A DNA stretch of 60,693 nt, from positions 1-60,693 of the forward strand of contig JAOASV010000130.1 of the NCBI GenBank assembly GCA_030158535.1, written 5' to 3'. Below the pieces are notes generated by a model that was not told where the DNA came from, ran no database searches, and saw only the letters and a program-made list of their open reading frames with translations. Made by a program: the position numbers and the translations under genes. Shown here piece after piece: positions 10,228-19,633 of the stretch (its first letter is position 1; each line of letters opens with the position of its first letter). This DNA comes from Sediminibacterium sp. (lineage in GTDB: Bacteria; Bacteroidota; Bacteroidia; Chitinophagales; Chitinophagaceae).

Positions 10228-10231
10228 GCGG

Positions 10232-10239
10232 CAAAGTTA
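10232..10239 (-). promoter_or_regulatory. -7 promoter element for yjjG
   Basis: TAACTTTG on the minus strand, 4 nt before the ATG. Confidence 0.6.
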
Positions 10240-10275
10240 AAGCAGTTTTACCCAAAAAATATGTTACTTCGTAGT

Positions 10276-10974
10276 ATGATAGTTGTAATTACAGGCGCCT
10301 CTAAAGGCATTGGAAAAGCAGTAGCTACTGCATTTGCACAAAAAGGGTACACCCTCCTACTTTGTAGTAGAGGTGAAACGGCTTTGTATGACACCGTTGC
10401 TGCATTACAAACCGCTTACCCGGATGCAACTATTAAAGCAAGACCCACCGATATGTCTAACGAAGCGGATGTTCATGCTTTTGCGGCTTGGTGCTTAGAA
10501 AAAGGAACGCCCGATATCATTATTAATAATGCAGGCCATTTTGTACCCGGCAGTATTTATAATGAAGCACCTGGCACACTTGCTACGATGATCGAAAGCA
10601 ATTTGTACAGTGCTTATCATTTAACAAGAGCTTTGCTTGCGCCTATGATGTCCGCTAAAAAAGGACATATTTTTAATATTTGCTCGATCGCATCACTTCA
10701 TGCGTATGCCAATGGTGGTAGTTATAGTATTAGCAAATTTGCATTAGCTGGATTCACAAAAAATTTACGCGAAGAATTAAAGCCGCACGGCATAAAAGTT
10801 ACGGGCGTATATCCTGGGGCTGTTTATACGGCCAGTTGGGATGGATCGGGCGTAGACCCTAAAAGAATTATGGAAGCAAGTGATGTTGCTACAATGATTG
10901 TGTCTGCTGCTTCCTTATCGGATGCAGCCGTTGCAGAAGACATTGTGCTAAGACCTCAGTTAGGCGATTTATAA
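10276..10974 (+). CDS. SDR family oxidoreductase
   Basis: TGASKGIG, NNAG, YSISK (YxxxK); start moved to ATG 10276 because the ORF-track start overlaps yjjG. Confidence 0.9.
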   Translation: MIVVITGASKGIGKAVATAFAQKGYTLLLCSRGETALYDTVAALQTAYPDATIKARPTDMSNEADVHAFAAWCLEKGTPDIIINNAGHFVPGSIYNEAPGTLATMIESNLYSAYHLTRALLAPMMSAKKGHIFNICSIASLHAYANGGSYSISKFALAGFTKNLREELKPHGIKVTGVYPGAVYTASWDGSGVDPKRIMEASDVATMIVSAASLSDAAVAEDIVLRPQLGDL

Positions 10975-10988
10975 AAGGAGATCTCGTA

Positions 10989-11648
10989 TTAAGACCAAGT
11001 AGCAAGAACGGTTACACCACCTTTTACCACTTCATTAAGTGCAACGTTAATTTTTGTACCTACTGGTAATAAAATATCAACCCTACTGCCAAATTTAATA
11101 AAGCCGTACTCTTCGGTTTGCTTTACTTCTTGACCTACTGAAGTATAATTACAAATACGTTTTGCAAGCGCTCCAGCAATTTGTTTGTATAAAATAGTAC
11201 CGTGGTTATTTTCTACAGCTACGCTCCATCTTTCATTTTCGGTAGAAGATTTTGGATGCCATGCAACCAGGTACTTTCCTTTGTGGTACTGGTTATACAC
11301 CACTTTACCGCTCATTGGATTTCTGTTCACGTGCACGTTTGCAGGACTCATAAACACACTCACTTGAATGCGTTTATCTTTAAAATATTCTACATCTGTA
11401 ATTTCTTCAATCACTACCACTTTACCATCGGCAGGACAAATAATTTGATTGTCGTTGATGGTTAATGTTCTTTTGGGAATTCTAAAAAATGAAATGATAA
11501 ATAAGAAGAAGAAAAGAGTTAGGCCAAAAATGGCGCCAGCTAATCTAGGGCAACAGGTTCCTAAATAAGAAATGGAAATCAAATTGATAATACCAAAAAT
11601 GAGAGCAGTAATACCAATAGTGCGGAAACCTTCGCGGTGAATTGTCAT
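10989..11648 (-). CDS. psd: Phosphatidylserine decarboxylase proenzyme
   Basis: PADGKV, FMSPANVHVNR, FGSRVD self-cleavage motif; likely start MTIHREG at 11648, with TACATTTG at 11666-11673. Confidence 0.92.
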   Translation of the reverse strand: MTIHREGFRTIGITALIFGIINLISISYLGTCCPRLAGAIFGLTLFFFLFIISFFRIPKRTLTINDNQIICPADGKVVVIEEITDVEYFKDKRIQVSVFMSPANVHVNRNPMSGKVVYNQYHKGKYLVAWHPKSSTENERWSVAVENNHGTILYKQIAGALAKRICNYTSVGQEVKQTEEYGFIKFGSRVDILLPVGTKINVALNEVVKGGVTVLATWS

Positions 11649-11682
11649 AATAATGATTTGAGTTGCAAATGTAAAGTAAAAT

Positions 11683-12375
11683 CTATTGCGCAAAAAGTGT
11701 TAGCAGTAGCCAAACACAAGGGCTTGCTAATAATAAAGAGTCGAAACGGTCAAAAAAACCGCCGTGCCCCGGCATAATACGGCCGCTATCTTTAACGCCA
11801 GCCATTCTTTTAAACTTACTTTCTATCAAATCACCAATGGTGCCAGTTATTGCAGCCGTTGCACTCACAATAACAAGTGTTTGATAAGAGAGCTCGGTTA
11901 GCGCCTTGCCTAATAACACCACTGCAACTATCGCAAGAATGGCTCCACCAATGGTTCCCTCCCATGTTTTTTTAGGTGACAAAGCAGAAAGCGGCGTTTT
12001 ACCTATAAATGAACCTACTATATAAGCCATAGTATCATTGATCCAAATACTTATAATAACAAGCATGGGCAATACATAATATTGAGTGGTTCCTAATATA
12101 GAGACCCAATGTGTAGATGCTAAATGTGTAATGGCAAAAAAGCTAGTAGTTATGTATGCAAGTCCAAACAAGTTATACAAAACCTTTGCTTTTGTAGTTT
12201 GAATGGTGGATGTACCTTTTATAAGTTTACTATACTCGATATAGCAACCCGTATGCACAATTAAAAAAAGTATGATAAAACTATCGATGCTGTAAAAAAT
12301 AGCACCTAGCATCACCACAACAAAAATAACTGCCGATAAAGCCCTTGTTTTAAATGTTTGAAGATCGAGTGCCAT
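11683..12375 (-). CDS. cdsA: Phosphatidate cytidylyltransferase
   Basis: SPKKTWEG and GDLIESKFKRMAGVKDSGRIMPGHGGFFDRFDS signature. Confidence 0.95.
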   Translation of the reverse strand: MALDLQTFKTRALSAVIFVVVMLGAIFYSIDSFIILFLIVHTGCYIEYSKLIKGTSTIQTTKAKVLYNLFGLAYITTSFFAITHLASTHWVSILGTTQYYVLPMLVIISIWINDTMAYIVGSFIGKTPLSALSPKKTWEGTIGGAILAIVAVVLLGKALTELSYQTLVIVSATAAITGTIGDLIESKFKRMAGVKDSGRIMPGHGGFFDRFDSLLLASPCVWLLLTLFAQ

Positions 12376-12383
12376 AGCAGCTA

Positions 12384-12602
12384 TTATACGGTGAAGTCTA
12401 AATGTTCTGATTGTTGATCAATAAGTTCGCGCGCAAATAAAACCATATCATGAGGTACATAAAGTTGTATGTCACCAAACATCGGATAACTACTGTCTTG
12501 TTTATTTAATAGTTGCACAGGCACATCATTTTCTGAAAGTACGCCTTCGATAATGGAAGCTTCTGCAAAAACACGCGTACTAAATATTTTTTCCCAAGAC
12601 AT
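12384..12602 (-). CDS. DUF2007 (putative signal-transducing) small protein
   Basis: W..IFST...EASIIEGVL.ENDVP...NKQDSSY...GDIQLYV pattern. Confidence 0.75.
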   Translation of the reverse strand: MSWEKIFSTRVFAEASIIEGVLSENDVPVQLLNKQDSSYPMFGDIQLYVPHDMVLFARELIDQQSEHLDFTV

Positions 12603-12643
12603 AATGAATGATACATTAAATGTGAACGATTACAATTGTGAAG

Positions 12644-13546
12644 TTACAACGGTTTAACCAATGTAGCGTTATACTTTTTAAGCGCATTGAATGAAAACCA
12701 TAATATCATGAGCCCATTAAGTCCAGCCCAAATAGAAAGATTTTCGTCCATAGCCTTTTCAACAGATTTACCTTGTAATGTTACAATATAAAGCTGCGTG
12801 ACTATGAGTCCGTTGTTTAAAAAATGCATTAAAATACTCAGCCAAATATTTTTAGTATGATAAAAAAGTAGTCCGAGCACAATACCAAGTGCTGTCCTAG
12901 ATAAAAAACCAAAGAATGAAAAATGTATAGCACTAAAAAAGATGCTTGTAATAATGATACCTACCCATACATTTTTTGTCCACCCTATAAATAAAGGTTG
13001 TACTGTAGATCTAAAAAGTAATTCTTCAAATATTGCTGGCGCTAAAGCCATTACAAAAAGAGCTGTAACATAATCTAGCACACTATCCATGCGCGCCATG
13101 TTAAGCATGAGTGTTTTATAGGTTTGCTCTAATGCTTTTGCTTGTTCTAATAATTTTGCAGGTAAATAAATATGCTGGTTAACTTCTGCAAGTGCACCGC
13201 TAAGCGTTACTCCGCCAAACGAAATCAAAACGGTATACAATAATAACTTAGGCCCCCCTATTTTAGCAAAACCAAGGGCCTCAACTGTTGTTTGCGATTC
13301 TGTTTTATTGATGCGGGTAAAAATGATCGCTGGAAAAACAAAGGCAATGAAGGTAGCGCCCAAATTGAGGACTTTAGACATACCTGCATTGGCTGGTAAA
13401 TTTAGTAGCGCTGGCACTTCTAACAACTTACAATGTAGGAGTTGACTCCCTACAAGGGTTAATAAAAAGGTGCCCACAATCATAAATACCCCTAAAAGCC
13501 CCATTAAAAATATAAATTGAACTGGATAACTATAGGTTTGTTTCAT
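12644..13546 (-). CDS. CPBP (CAAX protease/Abi) intramembrane metalloprotease
   Basis: EELLFR, FSAIH and HFLNN motifs; multiple TM segments. Confidence 0.9.
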   Translation of the reverse strand: MKQTYSYPVQFIFLMGLLGVFMIVGTFLLTLVGSQLLHCKLLEVPALLNLPANAGMSKVLNLGATFIAFVFPAIIFTRINKTESQTTVEALGFAKIGGPKLLLYTVLISFGGVTLSGALAEVNQHIYLPAKLLEQAKALEQTYKTLMLNMARMDSVLDYVTALFVMALAPAIFEELLFRSTVQPLFIGWTKNVWVGIIITSIFFSAIHFSFFGFLSRTALGIVLGLLFYHTKNIWLSILMHFLNNGLIVTQLYIVTLQGKSVEKAMDENLSIWAGLNGLMILWFSFNALKKYNATLVKPL

Positions 13547-13653
13547 GAGTTGAAAAATAAGCTTGTAAATTTGTGCCGCCGCCGTAATTGTTGAGAGAAC
13601 TAAGATAACACTTGAACTGATTGCAACAAAAAGCGGATAAATAATTAAAGACC

Positions 13654-14691
13654 ATGGTTAAAATAGATACAATAGAACTTCCCGATTTTCCGCTACTGTT
13701 GGCACCCATGGAAGATGTGAGTGATCCACCCTTTAGAGTGGTGTGTAAAGAAAACGGGGCTGATTTAATGTACACCGAATTTATTAGTAGTGAAGGTCTT
13801 ATACGTGACGCCATTAAAAGCCGTAAAAAGCTAGATATTTTTGATTACGAAAGACCGGTGGGTATTCAGATATTTGGCGGCGATGAAGATAGTTTGGCAC
13901 TGGCTGCTAAAATTGTAGATGTTACCAACCCCGATTTATTAGATATTAATTTTGGTTGTCCTGTAAAAAAAGTAGCAGGAAAAGGAGCAGGTGCTGGTGT
14001 TTTAAAAGACCTTGATTTAATGGTTCGCTTAACAGCAGCCGTTGTTAAAGCCACTAAATTACCCGTTACCGTAAAAACAAGACTGGGTTGGGATGAAGAC
14101 AGTAAAAATATTGAAGAAGTAGCCGAGCGCTTACAAGACGTGGGCATTAAAGCACTCAGTATTCACGGACGTACGCGTGCGCAAATGTATAAAGGCGAAG
14201 CCGATTGGACTTTAATTGCGAAAGTAAAAAACAACCCACGCATTCATATTCCTATTTTTGGAAATGGAGATATTGATAGCCCACAAAAAGCAGTTGCCTA
14301 TAAAAATAAATATGGCGTAGATGGTGTTATGATTGGTAGAGCGGCCATTGGATATCCATGGATTTTTAGAGAAATCAAGCACTATATTAAAACCGGCGAA
14401 ATGATGGCAGCGCCAACAGTGGCGGAGCGTGTAGCGGTTTGTAGACAACATTTAATTCAGTCGGTGGCGTGGAAAGGACCGGTGGTGGGTATCAATGAAA
14501 TGAGAAGACATTACGCCAACTATTTAAAAGGATTGCCGGGCATTAAAGATTACAGAAATAGACTGGTAACCATCAAAGAAAGTGAAGGTGTAGAAGAAGT
14601 ACTCAATGAAATTGCTGAAGTATACAAAGACTTTATTGTAGAAAGAGCGCCCATTGAACTAATAAACTACCACGAAAACTGTCCGCTGTAA
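13654..14691 (+). CDS. dusB: tRNA-dihydrouridine synthase B
   Basis: LAPMEDVSD, DINFGCP, IHGRT, GNGDI, VMIGR; TAAATTTG promoter element at 13566-13573. Confidence 0.93.
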   Translation: MVKIDTIELPDFPLLLAPMEDVSDPPFRVVCKENGADLMYTEFISSEGLIRDAIKSRKKLDIFDYERPVGIQIFGGDEDSLALAAKIVDVTNPDLLDINFGCPVKKVAGKGAGAGVLKDLDLMVRLTAAVVKATKLPVTVKTRLGWDEDSKNIEEVAERLQDVGIKALSIHGRTRAQMYKGEADWTLIAKVKNNPRIHIPIFGNGDIDSPQKAVAYKNKYGVDGVMIGRAAIGYPWIFREIKHYIKTGEMMAAPTVAERVAVCRQHLIQSVAWKGPVVGINEMRRHYANYLKGLPGIKDYRNRLVTIKESEGVEEVLNEIAEVYKDFIVERAPIELINYHENCPL

Positions 14692-14697
14692 TTATAT

Positions 14698-15384
14698 TTA
14701 TTGAAGTTGTGTTGCAACAACTTCATCTAGTGGAGACACTGTTTGCGGAAAGTAAGCCGTTAACACACCTTCTTCGTTGACTAGATATTTACAAAAATTC
14801 CAAACGGGTGCTTTACTACACCAACCGTTGGCCGTAGGTTGTGTAAGCCACTGATACACGCTTTGTTGCTCGGAACCCTTTACCACAGAGCCTTTGCGCA
14901 TGAGTAAAAAAGTAACACCATAATTTACTTTACAAAAAGTAGCAATGTCGGCGTCCGATTTTTTTTCTTGCTCTTTAAAATCGTTGGCAGGAAATCCTAT
15001 CACCACTAAATTATTTTTATATTGTTGATAGAGCGCTTCTAGCTCTTTGTACTGTCCTGTATAACCACAATCAGAAGCGGTGTTTACAAGTAATACTTTT
15101 TTGCCTCTAAAGGTTTCAAAAGAAATAGAATCACCATTATTTAAAACAGCAGTAAGCGCGTAAAAATCTTTAACAGGCGCTTTACCTTCCGTATTTAGCT
15201 GAACCGCATTTCTAGCACCCATTAATTTTCCAGGAAACATAATCACCGGATACATGGTTTTCAAAATGGATTGTCTATAACTCATGTCTTTCTTTTTCAT
15301 AAGTAAAACAGAGCCAACAATAACACCAAAAACAATCGCAAATTTTATCATCATGGGTTTTATATTTTGTAAACGCGTACGCAT
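14698..15384 (-). CDS. Glutathione peroxidase family protein (Cys type) with N-terminal hydrophobic anchor
   Basis: VNTASDCGYT, GFPANDF, WNFCKYLV; ATG at 15384 overlaps the ALDH stop (TAATG). Confidence 0.9.
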   Translation of the reverse strand: MRTRLQNIKPMMIKFAIVFGVIVGSVLLMKKKDMSYRQSILKTMYPVIMFPGKLMGARNAVQLNTEGKAPVKDFYALTAVLNNGDSISFETFRGKKVLLVNTASDCGYTGQYKELEALYQQYKNNLVVIGFPANDFKEQEKKSDADIATFCKVNYGVTFLLMRKGSVVKGSEQQSVYQWLTQPTANGWCSKAPVWNFCKYLVNEEGVLTAYFPQTVSPLDEVVATQLQ

Positions 15385-16751
15385 TAACCTATTAATTTTT
15401 TTAACAACCAACCTTTGCCTTTATACGGCGGATATTTTAAATCTGGATCGAGCCAAGTAGGTGTTTTCATCACCGATTTAATATGCGAAAAAGTATCAAA
15501 ACTTAATTTTCCATGATAGCCACCCATACCGCTAAAACCCCTGCCACCAAAGGGTAATGCGTGGTTGGTTAGATGCCAACTGGTATTATTAACGCAGGCG
15601 CCTCCCGATGGAACACTCGTTAACCAATACTGCTCTGAAGCACTATTGTTTGTAAACACATAAAATGCCAACGGGTTTGGATGGCGGTTAATGATTGCAA
15701 GTGCTTCTTCGTTGGTATCGTAGGTAAGTATTGGAAGTATTGGACCAAAAATTTCGTCTTGCATCACTTTACTATCTATAGATACATTTATTAAAAGTGT
15801 TGGTTCAATATATAAAGTAGCTGCATTTGATTTTCCACCGTGCACCACCGTACCGTCTTGTAAATAACTTACAAGTCGCTGCCACTGTTTTTCATTAATG
15901 ATTTTTCCATAACCATCTGTACTGGCCGGATCTTCGCCATAAAACTTTTTGGTAGCGATAATAAGTTCTTGTATCAAACTATCTTTTAATGCAGTAGGCA
16001 CGAGCACATAATCTGGCGCCACGCACATTTGACCACAATTGGAAAATTTAGAATTGACAATGCGGCGTGCAGCAACGCGCACATTGGCGTCAGAAGTAAG
16101 TACAGCAGGGCTTTTACCGCCTAGCTCTAAGGTTACGGGTACTAATTTTTCGGCGGCTTGCTTGTAAATAATTTTACCAACAAACGTACTACCTGTATAA
16201 AAAATATGATCGAATCTAAAATTTTCAAATAGTGGAGGCAATACAGCTGCGCCATCACCCTCTAGGTAAAGCATGTAATTTTCAGGAAACAACTGCCTAA
16301 TCATTTTACCCATAACAGCAGCAGTAGCGCCTGCAAATTCACTTGGCTTTAATACCGCGCAATTGCCTGCGGCAATCGCGCCAATCAGTGGCGTAAATAA
16401 AAGTTGAAACGGATAATTCCAAGGTGCAATAATACATACGACACCGAGTGGTTCCGGAACGGTATAACAACTAGAAGGTTGATTTAATAAATTGGTAGGC
16501 ACACTAGTTGGTTGCATCCAACTTTTTAAATGCTTGATGGTATAGTTTAATTCATTTAAGAAAAAACCTACTTCGGTGGCCCAGGCTTCTTCTTCCGATT
16601 TTTTAAGGTCGGTGTGGAGTGCCTGTGCTAGCTCTTTTTCATGGTCTAACACCAATTTTTTTAAGGCCTCCAGCCTGGCAAGCCTAAAAGCAAAAGATTG
16701 GGTAGCACCTGACATAAAATACTGTCTGAGTGCGTTCAATTGTTCATTCAT
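15384..16751 (-). CDS. Aldehyde dehydrogenase (ALDH3 / fatty-aldehyde type)
   Basis: PWNYP, YTGS, LELGGKSP, GQMCVAPDY, EIFGP, PFGG. Confidence 0.93.
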   Translation of the reverse strand: MNEQLNALRQYFMSGATQSFAFRLARLEALKKLVLDHEKELAQALHTDLKKSEEEAWATEVGFFLNELNYTIKHLKSWMQPTSVPTNLLNQPSSCYTVPEPLGVVCIIAPWNYPFQLLFTPLIGAIAAGNCAVLKPSEFAGATAAVMGKMIRQLFPENYMLYLEGDGAAVLPPLFENFRFDHIFYTGSTFVGKIIYKQAAEKLVPVTLELGGKSPAVLTSDANVRVAARRIVNSKFSNCGQMCVAPDYVLVPTALKDSLIQELIIATKKFYGEDPASTDGYGKIINEKQWQRLVSYLQDGTVVHGGKSNAATLYIEPTLLINVSIDSKVMQDEIFGPILPILTYDTNEEALAIINRHPNPLAFYVFTNNSASEQYWLTSVPSGGACVNNTSWHLTNHALPFGGRGFSGMGGYHGKLSFDTFSHIKSVMKTPTWLDPDLKYPPYKGKGWLLKKLIG

Positions 16752-16912
16752 AGAAAAAGAGGTTAATATAGTAGCAATTTATACCTAAATAACGATACTC
16801 CTATCCTATTTGTTCGGGCCCTAAATATAATTTTAGCATTTCCCCATTTTTCAATAATTTAACCATCTCAAAAAACATGTAGGGTCATTCCTACTTCAAC
16901 GATTCTATACCT

Positions 16913-18436
16913 ATGAAAAAACAGCAAAAGAAAAAATTATTAGCTGCGGCAACTACGGATGCAGCAACTACACCAGATGCAAGTAGTCAAGATGCAAATC
17001 AAGATTCGAGACGTACGTTTTTAAGAAACGGATTACTTGCAGCGGCAGGTTTTTATATTGTCCCGCGAAGTGTGCTAGGACGTGGCTTTACAGCGCCTAG
17101 TGATAAATTACAAATTGCAGGTATTGGTGCTGGCGGTAAAGGCGAAAGCGATTTATACAATTTCTTTATGTCTGGAAAAGCAGATATCGTAGCACTTGCA
17201 GACGTTGACAGTCGTCAAACAGCAAAGAGTAGAGCTAGGTATACCAAAGCCAATGTCTACGAAGATTTTAGAGAAATGCTAGACAAAGAAAAAGGCAGAA
17301 TTGACGCCGTGTCTGTGTCTACGCCCGATCATACGCACGCAGTTGCTGCGATGGCCGCTGTACAATTAGGCAAACACGTATATGTACAAAAACCATTAAC
17401 ACATGATATTTATGAAGCACGTATGCTTACAGAAGCTGCACGTAAACATAAAGTAGTTACTCAAATGGGTAACCAAGGTGCTTCTGGCGATGGCGTTCGT
17501 AAATTACAAGACTGGTACAACGCAGGTGTGATTGGTGACGTACATACCATTTACTGCTACACAGACCGCCCAGTATGGCCGCAAGGTATCTCTTGGCCTA
17601 CGAGCAGTTCACCTATCCCTGCAGGTCTTAATTGGGACTTGTGGTTAGGTACAGCACCTAAAAAAGATTATATCGATGGATTATTGCCATTTAACTGGAG
17701 AGGTTGGTGGGATTACGGTACCGGCGCCCTTGGTGATATGGCTTGTCATATTATGGCCCCTGCTTTTGCAGTAATGGGTCTTGGCTATCCGCTATCGGCA
17801 CAGTGTAGCGTTGCTACGCCGTATGTGAGAAACTGGAATAAAGCGTATACCCCAGATAGTGCTCCAATCGCTTCACATATTACACTTCAATTTAAAGGTC
17901 AGCCTGGCAAACCAAACGTAACCCTACACTGGATGGACGGCGGTATTCAACCAGAACGTCCTGAAGAATTAGGCCCTAACGAAAGAATGGGTGGGGATGG
18001 TGAAAACGGTGTTATTTTTATTGGTACCAAAGGAAAAATGATGTGTGGCACTTATGGTGTAATGCCTCAATTATTACCTACCCATTTATCTAAAACAACG
18101 ATTGTTCCTGAAACAGTAGCGCGTGTAAAAAATGGAGAAGCAGGTCACTACGCTGCATGGGTAGAAGCTTCTATTGCTGGTTATAATAGCCCTGAAGCTA
18201 AAAACTTGAGTTCGCATTTTGATATTGCAGGTCCATTAACAGAAAGTGTTTTGATGGGTAACCTCGCTATTAGAAGTTACGACTTACAATCAAAAGATGC
18301 AAAAGGAAATATCAATTACCCAGGCCGTAGTATTAAATTACTATGGGATGGTCCTAATATGAAAATTACCAATTTTGATGAAGCCAATCAGTTTGTAAAA
18401 CGTAATTACCGTGATGGTTGGAGCTTAGGTATTTAA
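16913..18436 (+). CDS. Tat-exported Gfo/Idh/MocA oxidoreductase
   Basis: SRRTFLRN twin-arginine signal; GAGGKG, STPDHTH, YVQKP, GALGDMACH. Confidence 0.9.
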   Translation: MKKQQKKKLLAAATTDAATTPDASSQDANQDSRRTFLRNGLLAAAGFYIVPRSVLGRGFTAPSDKLQIAGIGAGGKGESDLYNFFMSGKADIVALADVDSRQTAKSRARYTKANVYEDFREMLDKEKGRIDAVSVSTPDHTHAVAAMAAVQLGKHVYVQKPLTHDIYEARMLTEAARKHKVVTQMGNQGASGDGVRKLQDWYNAGVIGDVHTIYCYTDRPVWPQGISWPTSSSPIPAGLNWDLWLGTAPKKDYIDGLLPFNWRGWWDYGTGALGDMACHIMAPAFAVMGLGYPLSAQCSVATPYVRNWNKAYTPDSAPIASHITLQFKGQPGKPNVTLHWMDGGIQPERPEELGPNERMGGDGENGVIFIGTKGKMMCGTYGVMPQLLPTHLSKTTIVPETVARVKNGEAGHYAAWVEASIAGYNSPEAKNLSSHFDIAGPLTESVLMGNLAIRSYDLQSKDAKGNINYPGRSIKLLWDGPNMKITNFDEANQFVKRNYRDGWSLGI

Positions 18437-18441
18437 CAAGT

Positions 18442-19602
18442 ATGGAAAATATTGCGGATTTATTTTTATTAAGAAAGGATATTACTTTTTTAAACTTTGG
18501 TTCTTTTGGTGCTACGCCTGCGCCTATTTTTGATGCCTATCAAAAATGGCAAAGGGTATTAGAAGCAGAGCCCGTACAGTACATTGTATTTGATGGACCT
18601 GGCTACCTGCAAACCTCAAGAGCCGCGCTAGCAGGCTATATTGGCGTAGCAGACAAAGATGATTTGGTGTTTGTAACCAATCCTTCTTTTGCCGTTAATA
18701 TGGTAGCTAAAAATTTTCCATTAGCTGCAGGCGATGAAATATTAACCACCGATATTGAATATGGTGCATGTGATAGAACCTGGGAATATTACTGCGCACA
18801 AAAAGGTGCTACGTATGTAAAGCAAAAAATTACACTCCCTATCACCAGCAAAGAAAAATTCATCGAAGAATTTTTTGCTGGCATCACACCTAACACAAAA
18901 GCGGTTTTTATAAGTCAAATCACTAGTGCCACTGCATTAAAATTACCGGTGCATGAAATTTGTGCCATCGCTAAACAAAAAGGACTGATCACTTTTGTTG
19001 ATGGCGCGCACGGACCTGCACAAACAGAAGTGGACCTCTCAAAATTGCAAGCAGATTTTTATACGGGCGCTTGCCATAAATGGATGATGGCGCCTAAGGG
19101 ATGTTCTTTTTTATACGCGCATAAAAGTGTGCAACCCATCTGCGATCCACTCGTGGTAAGTTGGGGGTACAAAGCATTAAAGCCTAGCCATTCTAGTTTT
19201 TTAGATTACCATCAAATGATTGGTACCAGAGACTTTTCGGCGTTTTTAACGGTACCGGATTGTATCGCATTTATGGAAAGGTACAACTGGGCTGAAGTAT
19301 CTAAAAAATGTCATGAAATGGTGCTTTCTAATGCGCAGCGCTTTTTTGATTTATTAGGTAGCACGCCCATTAGCCCTTTAACCAGCGAATGGATTGGTCA
19401 AATGATTAGTATCCCTATTAAAACATCGGATCCTGAATTATTACAGCGTATGCTTTTTACAGAATATCAAATAGAAGTTCCCATCATGCGCCAAGGAAAT
19501 GATGTGTACCTCAGATACTCCATCAATGGTTTTAACAGCCAATCCGATATTGATCGGCTCTATCAGGTGATAGCCGAACTCCAGCAAAAAGGGCGCCTTT
19601 AG
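18442..19602 (+). CDS. Class V PLP-dependent enzyme (isopenicillin N epimerase / C-S lyase-like)
   Basis: LNFGSFGA, DGAHG, CHKWMMAPKG (PLP Lys), GTRD; start moved to ATG 18442. Confidence 0.85.
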   Translation: MENIADLFLLRKDITFLNFGSFGATPAPIFDAYQKWQRVLEAEPVQYIVFDGPGYLQTSRAALAGYIGVADKDDLVFVTNPSFAVNMVAKNFPLAAGDEILTTDIEYGACDRTWEYYCAQKGATYVKQKITLPITSKEKFIEEFFAGITPNTKAVFISQITSATALKLPVHEICAIAKQKGLITFVDGAHGPAQTEVDLSKLQADFYTGACHKWMMAPKGCSFLYAHKSVQPICDPLVVSWGYKALKPSHSSFLDYHQMIGTRDFSAFLTVPDCIAFMERYNWAEVSKKCHEMVLSNAQRFFDLLGSTPISPLTSEWIGQMISIPIKTSDPELLQRMLFTEYQIEVPIMRQGNDVYLRYSINGFNSQSDIDRLYQVIAELQQKGRL

Positions 19603-19613
19603 GCGCCCTTTTT
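19586..19613. terminator. Bidirectional intrinsic terminator
   Basis: A5-GGGCGCC-ttta-GGCGCCC-T5, overlapping the TAG stop, between convergent genes. Confidence 0.88.
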
Positions 19614-19633
19614 ATGTATACATTATTTGAACA

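Noticed and set aside
14698-15384. Selenoprotein glutathione peroxidase, given selD in the window
   Set aside because: The active-site codon is Cys (ASDCGYT) and SelD itself also has Cys; I saw no in-frame TGA read-through candidate
16940-17010. GATGCA-containing degenerate repeats at the start of the Tat dehydrogenase
   Set aside because: They encode a low-complexity n-region before the twin-arginine motif; too short and irregular to be an array or mobile repeat
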